From positions 576,001 through 640,000 of the forward strand of contig CAVSGP010000004.1 of NCBI GenBank assembly GCA_963727505.1: a stretch of 64,000 nt of DNA. Reading direction: 5' to 3'. Position 1 is the stretch's first letter. Every line of letters starts with the position of its first letter. Made by a program: the position numbers and the translations under genes. The notes under the pieces are model-generated. The model searched no databases. It was not told where the DNA came from and was given only the letters and a program-made list of their open reading frames with translations. Shown piece by piece: positions 1 to 11,058 of this stretch. Source of the stretch: an uncultured Trueperaceae bacterium (GTDB taxonomy: Bacteria > Deinococcota > Deinococci > Deinococcales > Trueperaceae).

Positions 1-1487
1 CAGGCCCGGGCATGGGCGTACTGAACGTAGGGGGCGCTGTCCCCTTGCAGGGAGAGCGCCTGCTCCCAGCGGAAGTCGATGACCTTGCGGGCCTCGCTCT
101 TGAGCATCCCGAAGCGCAGCGCTCCCACTCCGACCTGGCGCGCCACCGTGTCGATGCTCGGCAGCTCCGGGTTCTTCTCCTCCACCACGGCCCGGGCGCG
201 GCGCCGCGCTTCGGCCAGCACGTCGTCGATGGACAGGGTGACGCCCTTGCGGCCGCTCATGGGCTGGCCCTCCAGGGTCACGACCTCGTAGGCCAGGTGG
301 TGGGAGTTCCGGTGGGCCCGCCGCCCCTCCTCGGTGTTCGACAGGGCCAGCGCGGTCCGGACCAGGGTCTGCGGGTGGCTCTGCCGAACGTCGATGACGT
401 TGATGATCTCCTGCCCGTGGGCGAAGGTGTGGCCGTCGGGGTGCATCTCCCCGTCCGGCGCACTGGAGTAGAGCACCTTGCCGGACGGCTGGCGCTCGAA
501 GTCGCGGAAGCGCAGCCCCTCGAAGATCCCCGCCTTCCAGAACTGGTACCCGATGTCCTTGGCGACGTACATGGCGTTGCCGTCGCTTCGCACCAGCACC
601 ACGTGCGTCTCCTCGAGACCGGGCAGGAACTCCGACACGTCCATGACGAGCGCGCCCGCGAACTTGCCTTCGGTGGGGCGCGACACGTAGGGGCTGGCCT
701 CGAGGACGTCGAGGCCGCGCCGCAGGAAGCCGCCGTGCACCACGTCGGACTCCCACACGAGCAGATCGTACTCGGCGCCGAGCGCGTGGAAGGTCTCGAG
801 CTGCGCCGCCACGACGCGCTCGACCTCCGCGCGAAGCTCGCCGCGCTCGAGACGATGCATGACCTCCGAGACGCCCGCATCGATGCGTTCGCCGTCGCTC
901 TCCTTGGCCTCGCCGAGGCGGACGTAGAGCTCGCCGAGCCAATGGTCGTACTTGCGTTCGCCGTCGTAGCGCTCCCCGAAGTACTCGGTCGCGAACAGGC
1001 TCTCGGCCGCCTGCCGTCCGGTGTCGTCGATGTAGTTCTGTACCTCGACGTCGTTCCCGGCCGCCTGCAGGATGCGGGCGCAGGCGTCGCCGAGCACGAT
1101 GTTGCGCAGGTGCCCGACGTGCGCCTCCTTGTTGGGGTTGACCGACGTGTGCTCGAGGACGACCTTGAGACCGGCTCCCGCCGGGGGCGGTGGCGCCTGC
1201 ACGACCTGGGCGACGAAGTCGCCTGGCACGAGGTGGAAGTTGATGTAGGGGCCGACGGCGTCGGCGCGCGCAACGCCGATGGGCAACGCGAGCGCGGCGA
1301 TGATGTCCTGCGCGATAGTAACGGGGTTGCGCCGCAGACGGCGCGCGAGCGTGAAGGCGACGGGGGTGCCATAGTCGCCGGGCTTGTCGGCGGGCACCTC
1401 CTGGATCGCGACCTCGGCGTCCTCCACCTCGAGGCTCGCAAGCGCGGCCTGGACGGCCTCTCGTAGGGCTTGGGTGACGTCGGCCAT
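1..1487 (-). CDS. argS: Arginine--tRNA ligase (runs off window start)
   Basis: Translated by hand from ATG 1487: MADVTQALREAV...PGDYGTPVAF...VGPYINF...EHTSVNPNKEAHVGHLRNIVLGD (HIGH-type motif). Absent from the ORF track because there is no stop in the window. Confidence 0.95.
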   Translation of the reverse strand, partial: MADVTQALREAVQAALASLEVEDAEVAIQEVPADKPGDYGTPVAFTLARRLRRNPVTIAQDIIAALALPIGVARADAVGPYINFHLVPGDFVAQVVQAPPPPAGAGLKVVLEHTSVNPNKEAHVGHLRNIVLGDACARILQAAGNDVEVQNYIDDTGRQAAESLFATEYFGERYDGERKYDHWLGELYVRLGEAKESDGERIDAGVSEVMHRLERGELRAEVERVVAAQLETFHALGAEYDLLVWESDVVHGGFLRRGLDVLEASPYVSRPTEGKFAGALVMDVSEFLPGLEETHVVLVRSDGNAMYVAKDIGYQFWKAGIFEGLRFRDFERQPSGKVLYSSAPDGEMHPDGHTFAHGQEIINVIDVRQSHPQTLVRTALALSNTEEGRRAHRNSHHLAYEVVTLEGQPMSGRKGVTLSIDDVLAEARRRARAVVEEKNPELPSIDTVARQVGVGALRFGMLKSEARKVIDFRWEQALSLQGDSAPYVQYAHARA

Positions 1488-1707
1488 GGCGCGCTCACGC
1501 TACCACAAGGCCCTCACGCGCCCTCGCTGCCCGGCGTAGGCGCGCGTTCGGCAACGCATGCGCGGCAGCGGGGCGGGCAGTTTATACTGTTGGGACTGGC
1601 CCGACGTCTCTTTCGCCGGGATCCGCCCCGCGGGCGGGATCGCGAGCATCGTCGGCGCGCCGGAGAAGGTAAGCCACCTTCCAGCTGAGCCGCACAACTG
1701 CAGTAAA

Positions 1708-1728
1708 CTTGACAAGTGTTGACTCAGG
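1708..1728. promoter_or_regulatory. HAIR-like (HspR) operator upstream of lon
   Basis: CTTGACA-N7-ACTCAGG, 11/14 match to CTTGAGT-N7-ACTCAAG, preceded by AAA. Confidence 0.6.
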
Positions 1729-1825
1729 TTTCGACGTTCATTCGGTGCGCGGTCCACAGGCCCGCACGCGGTCACGTTCACCCTCGTCCCCAGCGCCCCG
1801 CGCTTCGCGCAGGCTAGGAGAGCCC

Positions 1826-4291
1826 ATGGCAGAGACTCCCACCCCCACCGACTTCAGCGCTCCGATCCCGGTGTGCCCGGTGCGCGGCAGCGTGCTCTAC
1901 CCCACCATGGTCATGCCGATCGACGCCGGGCGAGGCATCTCCATTCGCGCCATCAACGCCGCGCTCGACCGCGACCGCACGATCGTCATCGCCAGCCAGC
2001 GCGACCGCGACGTGGAGGAGCCCAAGCCCGAGGATCTCTACGAGGTCGGCACCGCCTGCAACATCATGCGCATGAAGAAGAATCCCGACGGCAGCATCCA
2101 GATGCTGGTGCGGGCCTTCGCGCGCGTGCACATCGATCGCTACCATGGCTCAACCGGCCTCATCGAGGCCGATGTGAGCCCCATCGAGGTCCCCGAGGGC
2201 AACGACGTGATGGTCCAGGCGACCTTCCGCGAGCTCAAGGAGAAGTTCGCCGATCTGGTCGAGAACGGTAGCCGGCAGGTCCAACACGAGGTCGCCCAGT
2301 TCGTCATGAACCTCGAGGACGCCGGCCAGTTCGCCGACTACGTCGCCTACCACCTCGATTTCAAGCTGCCCGACAAGCAGAGCGTGCTCGAGGCGACCAC
2401 GGTCGAGGAGCGCCTGCGCAAGGTGTTGCTGCTGATCGACACCGAGCTCGAGCTCCAGGAGACCCAGCGCCGTCTGCAACGCGAGGTCAAGGAGGAGATC
2501 GACCGCAACCAGCGCGAGTTCTTCCTCCGCGAGCAGATCAAGGCGCTGCAGAAGGAACTCTCCGGCAACGACGAGGACGAGGACGAGGTCGAAGCCTTCC
2601 GCGAGAAGCTCGAGGCGCTCGAGCTGCCCGAGGTCGTGATGAAGGAGGCGCAACGCGAGCTCAACCGGCTGTCGCGCATGCACCCCGACTCCGCCGAGGC
2701 CTCGGTCATCCGCACCTACCTCACGACCCTCACCGAGCTGCCGTGGAACAAGCGCAGCGAGGACCGGCTCGACATCGGCAAGGCCGGCAAGATCCTGGAA
2801 GAGGACCACTACGGCCTGGAGAAGGTCAAGGACCGCGTGATCGAGTACCTGGCGGTGCGCAAGCTCAAGGAGGAGCGCGCGCAGAAGGGCGAGCTCGACG
2901 CTTTCGAGGTCAACAAGGGACCGATCCTCCTGTTCGTGGGGCCGCCCGGCGTCGGCAAGACCAGCATCGCCAAGTCGATCGGCAAGGCGCTCGGGCGCGA
3001 GTACGTGCGCATCTCGCTGGGTGGTGCGCGCGACGAGTCGGACATCCGCGGGCACCGGCGCACCTACATCGGTTCGATGCCGGGCCGCATCATCCAGGGC
3101 ATCCGCCAGGCCGGCACCAAGAACCCGGTGTTCCTGCTCGACGAGGTCGACAAGCTGGGCGCCTCCTACCAGGGCGACCCCTCGTCTGCCCTGCTCGAAG
3201 TGCTCGACCCGGCGCAGAACAACAGTTTCGTCGACCACTACCTCGGCGTCCCGTTCGACCTCTCCGAGGTCCTCTTCATCGCCACGGCCAACTACGCCCA
3301 GCAGATCCCCGAGGCGCTGGCCGATCGCATGGAGATGATCGAGTTCTCCAGCTACATCGAGCAGGAGAAGATGGAGATCGCCAAGCGCTACCTCCTGCCC
3401 CGACAGATCACCGAGAACGGGTTGAAGGCCAACCAGCTCAGCATGTCCGACGGCGCGCTGTCGAGCGTCATTACCTCCTACACGCGCGAAGCGGGTGTGC
3501 GCAATCTCGAGCGCATCATCGGAACGCTCTGCCGCAAGGCCGCCAGGCGCATCGCCGAAGGCGACGCCAAGCGGGTGCGCATCACCGAGCGCAGCCTGGA
3601 AGGGTACCTGGGCGCTCACCGATTCACCCCCGAGTCGGAAGCCGAGGACAACCTCGTCGGTGTCGCGACCGGCATGTACTACACCCCAGTGGGCGGGGAC
3701 ATCCTGTTCGTCGAGACCTCCATCACGCCCGGCAAGGGCGGGCTGGTCCTGACCGGGCAGCTCGGCGACGTCATGAAGGAGTCCGCCCGGGCCGCCCTGA
3801 CCTACGCCAAGTCGAACGCCGAGCGCTTCGGTATCCCGAAGGGGACGCTGGACGAGAGCGAGATCCATATCCACGTGCCGGCGGGCTCGACGCCCAAGGA
3901 AGGGCCCAGCGCGGGCGTGGCCCTCGCCACCTCGTTGATCAGCGCGCTCACGGGCACGCCGGTTCGCAAGGACGTCGCGATGACGGGCGAGATCACGCTG
4001 CGGGGCCGCGTGCTGCCCATCGGCGGCCTGAAGGAGAAGATCCTGGGTGCCAAGCGGGCGGGGATCAAGCACATCCTGTTCCCCGAGAAGAACAGCGCAG
4101 ACATGAAGGACATCGCCACCCACCTCACCAAGAGTCTGCAGCTCCACGAGGTCACCGATCTGGACGGGGTGCTCGAGGTGGCGCTGGTCGGTGGGCTCAA
4201 GGCGCTCGAGCAACGCAAGGCCAGCGGTGGTGGCGGCAAGCGCAGTCGCCGCAGGAGCGGCAAGGCAGGCGAGGCGGGCGTCCAGGCCTGA
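1826..4291 (+). CDS. lon: ATP-dependent Lon protease
   Basis: LON N-domain, Walker [29 protein letters not shown] catalytic Ser; AGGAG RBS before ATG 1826. Confidence 0.97.
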   Translation: MAETPTPTDFSAPIPVCPVRGSVLYPTMVMPIDAGRGISIRAINAALDRDRTIVIASQRDRDVEEPKPEDLYEVGTACNIMRMKKNPDGSIQMLVRAFARVHIDRYHGSTGLIEADVSPIEVPEGNDVMVQATFRELKEKFADLVENGSRQVQHEVAQFVMNLEDAGQFADYVAYHLDFKLPDKQSVLEATTVEERLRKVLLLIDTELELQETQRRLQREVKEEIDRNQREFFLREQIKALQKELSGNDEDEDEVEAFREKLEALELPEVVMKEAQRELNRLSRMHPDSAEASVIRTYLTTLTELPWNKRSEDRLDIGKAGKILEEDHYGLEKVKDRVIEYLAVRKLKEERAQKGELDAFEVNKGPILLFVGPPGVGKTSIAKSIGKALGREYVRISLGGARDESDIRGHRRTYIGSMPGRIIQGIRQAGTKNPVFLLDEVDKLGASYQGDPSSALLEVLDPAQNNSFVDHYLGVPFDLSEVLFIATANYAQQIPEALADRMEMIEFSSYIEQEKMEIAKRYLLPRQITENGLKANQLSMSDGALSSVITSYTREAGVRNLERIIGTLCRKAARRIAEGDAKRVRITERSLEGYLGAHRFTPESEAEDNLVGVATGMYYTPVGGDILFVETSITPGKGGLVLTGQLGDVMKESARAALTYAKSNAERFGIPKGTLDESEIHIHVPAGSTPKEGPSAGVALATSLISALTGTPVRKDVAMTGEITLRGRVLPIGGLKEKILGAKRAGIKHILFPEKNSADMKDIATHLTKSLQLHEVTDLDGVLEVALVGGLKALEQRKASGGGGKRSRRRSGKAGEAGVQA

Positions 4292-4318
4292 GGCCGCCGC
4301 CTGCCATCGATCGGAAGC

Positions 4319-4349
4319 GAGGGGCCGGGCCGCGAAGGTCCGGCCCCTC
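4319..4349 (+). terminator. GC-rich hairpin after lon
   Basis: GAGGGGCCGGGCC-GCGAA-GGTCCGGCCCCTC; no clear U-tract. Confidence 0.5.
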
Positions 4350-4402
4350 CCCGTGCCCGCTCCCGGTCCCGGGAACGCACGACGGCTGCGGTATCCTGGC
4401 GC

Positions 4403-5179
4403 ATGTCATCGCCGAACGCCCACATCCGACCCCTCATCGCTGGCAACTGGAAGATGCACAAGCTGCCCAGCGAGGCCACTGCCTGGCTGCGCGCCTTCCT
4501 CCAGGGCCTCGACGCCACCGACCACGACCACTGCGACCTCCTGCTCAGCGTTCCCTTCACGCACCTCGCGCCGATGGCGGCGCTGGCCCGCGGCACCAAC
4601 GTGGCGCTGGGCGCGCAGGACGTCAGCGCACACGAGCAGGGCGCCTACACCGGAGAGGTCTCGGCGGCCATGCTCCGCGATGCGGGCGCGCGTTACGTGG
4701 TCGTCGGCCACTCCGAGCGCCGCGCCTACCACGGCGAGGACGACGCGCTGATCCACGAGAAGCTGACGCGCGCGCTCGAGGCCGGACTGGTGCCCATCCT
4801 GTGTGTCGGTGAGCGCGAGGAGGAGCGCGTCGCGGGACGGGCACGCGACGTCGTCCTGGGGCAGCTCGAGGGCGACCTGGAGGGCATCGAACTGACGGGG
4901 CCCGATGCCCTGGTCATCGCCTACGAGCCGGTCTGGGCCATCGGCACAGGCCGCACCGCCACCGCCGACGACGCGCAGGAGATGGGGGCTGCCCTGCGCG
5001 AGGCCGTCGTGAAGCGCTACGGCGACACCGGACAGGCGCTGCGGCTCCTCTACGGCGGCAGCATGAAGCCCGCCAACGCGGCCGAGCTGCTCGCGATGGG
5101 CGACGTGAACGGCGGCCTCATCGGCGGCGCCAGCCTCGACACCGACCAGCTCCTGGCCATCGTGGAGGCGGCACGGTGA
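4403..5179 (+). CDS. tpiA: Triosephosphate isomerase
   Basis: IAGNWKMH, VGHSERR, AYEPVWAIGTG, LYGGS, GGAS motifs. Confidence 0.97.
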   Translation: MSSPNAHIRPLIAGNWKMHKLPSEATAWLRAFLQGLDATDHDHCDLLLSVPFTHLAPMAALARGTNVALGAQDVSAHEQGAYTGEVSAAMLRDAGARYVVVGHSERRAYHGEDDALIHEKLTRALEAGLVPILCVGEREEERVAGRARDVVLGQLEGDLEGIELTGPDALVIAYEPVWAIGTGRTATADDAQEMGAALREAVVKRYGDTGQALRLLYGGSMKPANAAELLAMGDVNGGLIGGASLDTDQLLAIVEAAR

Positions 5180-6225
5180 GCCTGTTGCAGGACGTGCGGG
5201 GCAAGCTGACGGGCATCGGCGCCCGTGCCCTGCTGGTGACGGCGCCGGCCAACGTGCGCTATCTCTCCGGGTTCACCAGCCCCGAGGACGGCGTGGTCGT
5301 GGTCACCGGCGAACGAGCCGCCCTGCTCACCGACGGCCGCTACACCGCCCAGGCGGCCGAGGAGTCCCGGCTCGAGGTCGTCATCACCCCGAACTGGGAG
5401 GAACACCTTTCCGAGATGGTGGGCGATCGGCGCCTCGCCGTCGAGAGTGAATACCTCAGCCTGCAGCGGTTCCGGCGCATCGCCGAGCGTCTGGGGGCCG
5501 AACCCGTGGCGACCGAGGCGTTCCTGGCGTCGTTCCGGCTCATCAAGAACGCGCAGGAGATCGCCAAGCTGCGGGAAGCGGCGCGCATCACCGACGAGGC
5601 CTTCGAGAAGGTCGTGCCGATGCTACGGCCGGGGGTGCGCGAGATCGAGGTCGCCCTCGAGCTCGAGCGCCACATGCGCCTGGCCGGCTCCGGTGGGCCG
5701 GGCTTCCACATCATCGTGGCGAGCGGCCTGCGCAGCGCGATGCCGCACGGCGTCGCCTCGACCAAGACGATCGAGGCCGGCGACCTGGTCACGCTCGATT
5801 TCGGCGCCGTGTACGAGGGCTACCACGCCGACATGACGCGGGCAGTGGCGGTCGGCGACATCGACCCCGAGCTCCGCCGCCTCTTCGACGCCGTGCTTGA
5901 AGCGCAGGAGGCGGCCCTGGCGACCGTGGCGCCGGGGCGCTCGGGCCGCGAGCTCGACGCGGTCGCGCGCGATCTGCTGGCCGGCCACGACCTCGCCGAC
6001 GCCTTCGCGCATTCGCTGGGCCACGGCACCGGGCTCGAGATCCACGAGGGCCCGCGGCTGTCCACCCGCTCCGACGACCTGCTCGCCCCGGGCATGTCGG
6101 TGACCATCGAGCCCGGGGCCTACCTGCCGGGCTTCGGCGGGGTCCGCATCGAGGACCTCGCCATCGTCACGGAGGACGGCCACGAGCTGCTGTCCAAGAG
6201 CCCGAAGTCGTTCCGGCAGGTGTGA
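5176..6225 (+). CDS. Xaa-Pro aminopeptidase (M24B family)
   Basis: TDGRY, HSLGHGTGLEIHEGP, TIEPGAY, GGVRIED; GTGA overlap with tpiA stop. Confidence 0.9.
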   Translation: MSLLQDVRGKLTGIGARALLVTAPANVRYLSGFTSPEDGVVVVTGERAALLTDGRYTAQAAEESRLEVVITPNWEEHLSEMVGDRRLAVESEYLSLQRFRRIAERLGAEPVATEAFLASFRLIKNAQEIAKLREAARITDEAFEKVVPMLRPGVREIEVALELERHMRLAGSGGPGFHIIVASGLRSAMPHGVASTKTIEAGDLVTLDFGAVYEGYHADMTRAVAVGDIDPELRRLFDAVLEAQEAALATVAPGRSGRELDAVARDLLAGHDLADAFAHSLGHGTGLEIHEGPRLSTRSDDLLAPGMSVTIEPGAYLPGFGGVRIEDLAIVTEDGHELLSKSPKSFRQV

Positions 6226-6255
6226 AGGAGGCACGCGCGTGTGCGGCACCGGGGT

Positions 6256-7665
6256 TCAGCCGAGGGTGTCGATCCAGGCGCGCGCCGCGTCGAGCAGAGC
6301 CCTCACGTCCTCGGGCGTGGGGGCCTCACAATAGATGCGGAGCACCGGTTCGGTGCCGCTCGGCCGATAGAGCAACCAGGCGTCGTCCGACAGGTTGAGC
6401 TTGACGCCGTCGAGCCGTTCTACCGAGGTGACCTCGCGCGCGCCCACGCGCGCAGGCGGGTCGCGCAGCTCCGCCAGCACCCGCTCCTTGAGCGCATTGC
6501 CTGAAAGGTGGAGGTCCAGCCGGTCGTAGGCGTGGCGCCAACCGGCCTCGCGCTCGATGCCCGCGAAGCGCTCGGGCAGCGATTGCCCGCTGCGCACCAC
6601 GCTCTGCACCAGCAGCAGCGTGTTGACGATGCCGTCGCGTTCGGGGATATGCCCCGCCACGCCGATGCCGCCGGACTCCTCGCCGCCGATCAACACGTCT
6701 TGCGACAGCATGGCATCGACGATGTACTTGAAGCCGACCGGGGTCTCCACCACGGTGCGGCCCCGCTTGGACGCAAGGCGCTCGATGACGCGCGACACCG
6801 TGAAGGTCTTCACCACCGTGCCCGCGCGCCCGTCGTGGGCGAGCTCGTCGAGTAGCACCGCGAAGATCTGGTGGGCGTCGAAGAACGCCCCGCCGGGAAG
6901 GACCACGCCGAGCCGGTCGCCGTCCCCGTCGGTGGCCGCGGCGAACCAGGCATCGGCCCCTAGCATGCGCTCGCGCGTGTCGGCGAGGTTGACGGCGATC
7001 GGCTCTGGATTCACGCCGTAGAACAGCGGGTGCGGCTCCCCGTGCACAGGTTCGATCTGGAGCGCCAGTCCCCGCGAAGACGCGAAGCCGGTGAGCCATC
7101 CGCAAGCGGCGCCACCCATGGCATCGTGCAGGATGCGTCCCTCCGCCCGGGACAGCACGTCCATGTCGAGCACGCCGTCGAGGGCCCCGTAGTAGGCCTC
7201 CCGCACATCGAAGCGCTCGATCCCCTTCGGGTCGGCGTCGCCTGCCAGTCTGGCCGTTCCCACACGCCGCGCCACGTCGCGGTAGATCTCGTCCGTGGCG
7301 GTCCCGCCGTACGGACCCTTGAGCTTGAACCCGTGGTAGCGCGGCGGGTTGTGCGACGCCGTCAGCATCACGCCGCCGCCCGCGCGATAGTGCGCCACGG
7401 CGTACGAGAGCGCCGGCGTGGGCAGGTATCCGTCGGAGATCAGCACCTCGAGCCCATGGCCGGCCAGCTCGCGGGCAGCCTCGAGCGCGAACAGTTCGCC
7501 TCCGAAACGGGTGTCGTGACCCACCACCACGCGGCGGGCGTCACGTTCGAGGAGATGCTCGGCGTACGCAGCCGCCGCACGGCGCACGTTGGCCACCGTG
7601 AACCGGTCGGCGATGACGTCACGCCAACCGTCGGTCCCGAAGACCAGGGATGGGAATGGGTCCAC
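6256..7665 (-). CDS. Phosphoglucomutase/phosphomannomutase family protein
   Basis: FGTDGWR, TASHNP, DGDGDR, GEESGG, RPSGTEP; GTG start at 7665 with GAGGAG RBS. Confidence 0.92.
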   Translation of the reverse strand: MDPFPSLVFGTDGWRDVIADRFTVANVRRAAAAYAEHLLERDARRVVVGHDTRFGGELFALEAARELAGHGLEVLISDGYLPTPALSYAVAHYRAGGGVMLTASHNPPRYHGFKLKGPYGGTATDEIYRDVARRVGTARLAGDADPKGIERFDVREAYYGALDGVLDMDVLSRAEGRILHDAMGGAACGWLTGFASSRGLALQIEPVHGEPHPLFYGVNPEPIAVNLADTRERMLGADAWFAAATDGDGDRLGVVLPGGAFFDAHQIFAVLLDELAHDGRAGTVVKTFTVSRVIERLASKRGRTVVETPVGFKYIVDAMLSQDVLIGGEESGGIGVAGHIPERDGIVNTLLLVQSVVRSGQSLPERFAGIEREAGWRHAYDRLDLHLSGNALKERVLAELRDPPARVGAREVTSVERLDGVKLNLSDDAWLLYRPSGTEPVLRIYCEAPTPEDVRALLDAARAWIDTLG

Positions 7666-7822
7666 CTCGTCTCCTCTCCCCCTCGAGCAACGGGCGGCGC
7701 CGCGGCCGGGAACCGCCCGCCGCCACGGCAAGGCGCGTCCGAATCTACCACGGACCCCGTCCGGCACGCTGTGCCGGCCTCCTGGCCGAGCGCGCATCGT
7801 CCATGCCGGGCTAGACTGGCAC

Positions 7823-8593
7823 ATGCCCGTGGTCGTCAAGTACGGCGGAAACGCCATGACCGACGACGCCACCCGCCTGACGGTGGCCTCGGAGATCCGC
7901 GCGCTGTTCGAGGCCGGGGAGGATCCAGTGGTCGTGCACGGCGGCGGCCCCTTCATCAACGCTGCGCTCGACGAGACCGGACTGGAGCACCGCTTCGTAC
8001 GGGGATTGCGCGTCACCACACCCGAGAGCCTCGCGGTGGTCGAACGGGTGCTCACGCTGCTGGGCAAGCGGCTGGCGCAGGACGTCGGCCCCGCCCTCGG
8101 CCTGAGCGGGCGGGACGCCACGCTGCTGCGCGCCGAGCTACTCGATCCGGCGCTGGGACGCGTCGGCCGGGTCACCGGCGTCAACCGGGGCGCGCTCCGG
8201 GCGCTCCTGGCGGCACGCTTCGTGCCGGTGCTGGCCTGCCTGGCGCTCGACCCCGACGGTGCTCCGCTCAACGTCAACGCCGACGAGGTCGCCGGCGCCG
8301 TCGCCGGCGCGCTCGGCGCCGGTTGCGTCTTCCTCACCAACGTGCCCGGCGTGCTGGACGACGCCGCGCGCCCCGAGAGTCTGCTTGCAACCCTGACGCG
8401 CCGGGACGTCCAGGCTCGCGTCGAGGACGGCCGCATCGACGGCGGCATGATCCCGAAGGTCGAGGCGGCCCTGCGCGCCATCGACCTCGGCGCCCCCTAC
8501 GCTGTCATCGCCGACGGGCGGAGCGCAGAAGGCGCCCGCCGTGGGCTGCGCCGACGGGGCGGCACGCGCGTGCTCGGCGACGACGGCGGATGA
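7823..8593 (+). CDS. argB: Acetylglutamate kinase
   Basis: VVKYGGNAM, VHGGGP, GLRVT, NVNAD, GGMIPKV; TAGACT 5 nt before ATG. Confidence 0.85.
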   Translation: MPVVVKYGGNAMTDDATRLTVASEIRALFEAGEDPVVVHGGGPFINAALDETGLEHRFVRGLRVTTPESLAVVERVLTLLGKRLAQDVGPALGLSGRDATLLRAELLDPALGRVGRVTGVNRGALRALLAARFVPVLACLALDPDGAPLNVNADEVAGAVAGALGAGCVFLTNVPGVLDDAARPESLLATLTRRDVQARVEDGRIDGGMIPKVEAALRAIDLGAPYAVIADGRSAEGARRGLRRRGGTRVLGDDGG

Positions 8594-8661
8594 CGACGAT
8601 TGAGAATGTCGTAAGTGAGCCGCTGCTAGACTCCCCTCGATCCAAGGCGAGAGGAGCCCGC

Positions 8662-8862
8662 ATGCTCGAACGACTCTCCAAGCTCCCCAATCAGGCGCTC
8701 CATTGCGAGGCACGCAGGCTCGAGCGCAGGCTCATCGAAGGCGTCGCCGACGGCCCCGAGATCGATGCTTACGTCGCCTTCGAGAGCGAGCTGGGTCGGC
8801 GCTGGCTGCTGGCGATCGAACTTCCCGACGCCCTGGACGGGCTTCTCGACCCGCGCGACTGA
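8662..8862 (+). CDS. Small hypothetical protein (66 aa)
   Basis: GAGGAG RBS then MLERLSKLPNQALHCEARRLERRL...; alternative start at 8590 overlaps the argB stop. Confidence 0.55.
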   Translation: MLERLSKLPNQALHCEARRLERRLIEGVADGPEIDAYVAFESELGRRWLLAIELPDALDGLLDPRD

Positions 8863-8983
8863 GTTGTGCGTCGGAGGTCGAGCCGCGCTTCGCGCGTCAT
8901 GTTCGACCAGCAAGCAACTTCACCCTCTCCCGAGATGAATTCTTTCCACTCGCGGTCGCGCCGGTTCTGGTAACCTAGCCGAG

Positions 8984-10147
8984 ATGCCTCGTCGCCGCCC
9001 GCTCTTCGTCCTTGGCTTGACGCTCGCCTCGCTGACCTTCTCGGCGGCCTGGGCTCAGAACTCGACCATCACGGTGCAACCTGGCGATTCCCTGTGGGGA
9101 CTCGCGCAACGCTACAGCACCACCGTCGACGCCCTGCGACAGGCCAACGGCCTGGTGGGCGACGCGCTGAAGCCCGGCACCAGCCTGAAGCTGCCGCAGG
9201 GCGGCAACGCAACGCCCGATGCCTACGTTGTCCAGCCGGGCGACACCCTGTACGACATCGCACTGGCGTTCCACCTGCGGGTGGACGACCTCATCGCATA
9301 CAACAACCTCAGCGGCTCCACCATCAAACCCGGGCAGACGCTCAAGCTGCAGCCGAGCACGCCCGCGCCGGCACCACTGGTCATCACGGTCCAGCCCGGC
9401 GATACGCTTTGGAACCTCGCTCAGAGCTACCAGGTCACGGTCGCGACGCTGGCCAGCGCCAACGACCTGAGTTCTGGAGGCATCCTCCACCCGGGCGACA
9501 GCCTCAAGGTTCCCGGCCGCTATGCCAGTCCCAGCACCGACACCGGCGGCCCCGTGCCGCCGACGGTGACGGTCAACAAGGGCGACAGCCTGTGGTCGAT
9601 CGCGCACCGCTACAACACCACGATCGCGGCGCTCATGAGCGCCAACGATCTGCCCTCCAGCAACCTGTTCGCCGGGCAGACGCTGCGCATCGTGCCGGCC
9701 GGCGAGCTCGGGGCCGCACGCACCAACTACGCCACCCCGACGCCCGCGCCCGCCTCGGGCATGATGTGGCCCATCCACGGGCCCATCACCTCGCACTTCG
9801 GCTACCGCCAGCTTCGCGTTGACGGCTCCAACTTCCACACCGGCCTCGACATCGCCGGCAACGCGGGGGAGGCCATCCATGCCGCGGTCGGAGGCACCGT
9901 GGTCCTGGCGGGCTGGAACGGCGGGTACGGCCTGTGCGTGATCATCAAGAGCGGCAACACCGCCTACTACTACGGCCACGCGTCCGCCCTACTCGTACAG
10001 CAGGGGCAGCAGATCCAGGAGGGTCAGGTGATCGCGCGGGTGGGCACCACCGGGCACTCGACAGGCCCGCACCTCCACTTCGAGATCCGCGTCGACAACG
10101 ATCCGGTCGATCCGCTTCCGCTCCTCCAGACCCAGGCCAGTCGCTAG
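8984..10147 (+). CDS. Secreted 4xLysM + M23 peptidoglycan endopeptidase
   Basis: Signal peptide, four VQPGD(S/T)LW-type LysM repeats, HTGLD and HLHFE M23 motifs. Confidence 0.93.
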   Translation: MPRRRPLFVLGLTLASLTFSAAWAQNSTITVQPGDSLWGLAQRYSTTVDALRQANGLVGDALKPGTSLKLPQGGNATPDAYVVQPGDTLYDIALAFHLRVDDLIAYNNLSGSTIKPGQTLKLQPSTPAPAPLVITVQPGDTLWNLAQSYQVTVATLASANDLSSGGILHPGDSLKVPGRYASPSTDTGGPVPPTVTVNKGDSLWSIAHRYNTTIAALMSANDLPSSNLFAGQTLRIVPAGELGAARTNYATPTPAPASGMMWPIHGPITSHFGYRQLRVDGSNFHTGLDIAGNAGEAIHAAVGGTVVLAGWNGGYGLCVIIKSGNTAYYYGHASALLVQQGQQIQEGQVIARVGTTGHSTGPHLHFEIRVDNDPVDPLPLLQTQASR

Positions 10148-10259
10148 CGCCAATCCCGCCGATGGGCGCCGCATCTCCGACCGCACCCCTCGCCTCCGAC
10201 CGCGGGCACAGCCGCCGGGCGCCCAGCCTGGTAGCGAGGCGTGAACGCAGAGGCCTGCC

Positions 10260-11045
10260 GTGCGCGTGATCGTCGTCGGGGACATCCACATGCAGGCCGA
10301 CAAGCTCTGGCGCATCCTGCGGGAGGCGGAGCTTGCCGACGAAGGGCACCGGCCCACCACCGCCTTCGTTCAGGGCGACAGCCGACTGGTGCTGCTCGGT
10401 GACCTGGTGCACGCCAAGAGCCGCGAGCGCTACGCCGATCTCATCAACGTACGCCGGTACGACGAGTACAACCCGCGTCACCTGGAACGCGCCGAGAAGG
10501 CTCAGACGACGTTCCTCCGCGAGGTCAAGGGGTTCCAGGACCGCCTGCCAGAGGGCAAGATGGTCATCCTGATGGGCAACCACGACTTCAACGCCGTGCA
10601 CCCCGAACAGGGGCCGCTGCGCACGGACGACGTCTCGCACCTCGAGTGGAAGGTCGGCTATGGCGGCGAGATGGACCCCGAGATCCGGCAGTGGATCCTC
10701 GCCTGGCCCTCCCAGGTCGTGATCGAGGACCTGCACCTGGCGCACGTCGGCCCGCTCCCCGAGCACAACACCTACGACAACGGCTTCTACCTCGAGAATC
10801 GGCGCCGCTGGATCTACGAGGAGAAGGACTTCCTCGAGGAGACCCCCTACCGGCTCGGAATCTACGGCCACACGCCGGTACGCGGCGGCGTGAACATCGC
10901 ATCCCAGGGGCGCGCCATCCTGCTCGACACCAACGGGTACCAGGACGAATACAGCTATCTCGACGTGGACGTCGCCGAGCAGCGCTACCGACTGCGCATG
11001 CGGGGCCTGTTCTTCGACGAGACCGTCGCGCGCGCCGACGACTGA
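10260..11045 (+). CDS. Calcineurin-like metallophosphoesterase
   Basis: GDIH, GDLVH, GNHD, GHTP, LDT motifs. Confidence 0.85.
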   Translation: MRVIVVGDIHMQADKLWRILREAELADEGHRPTTAFVQGDSRLVLLGDLVHAKSRERYADLINVRRYDEYNPRHLERAEKAQTTFLREVKGFQDRLPEGKMVILMGNHDFNAVHPEQGPLRTDDVSHLEWKVGYGGEMDPEIRQWILAWPSQVVIEDLHLAHVGPLPEHNTYDNGFYLENRRRWIYEEKDFLEETPYRLGIYGHTPVRGGVNIASQGRAILLDTNGYQDEYSYLDVDVAEQRYRLRMRGLFFDETVARADD

Positions 11046-11058
11046 GCGAGCACGCCTA

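Noticed and set aside
12..1466. 484-aa plus-strand ORF
   Set aside because: Antisense shadow of argS; no motifs, typical of high-GC genomes.
6256..8481. 741-aa extended phosphomutase
   Set aside because: The extension is antisense to argB; RBS and family start point to GTG 7665.
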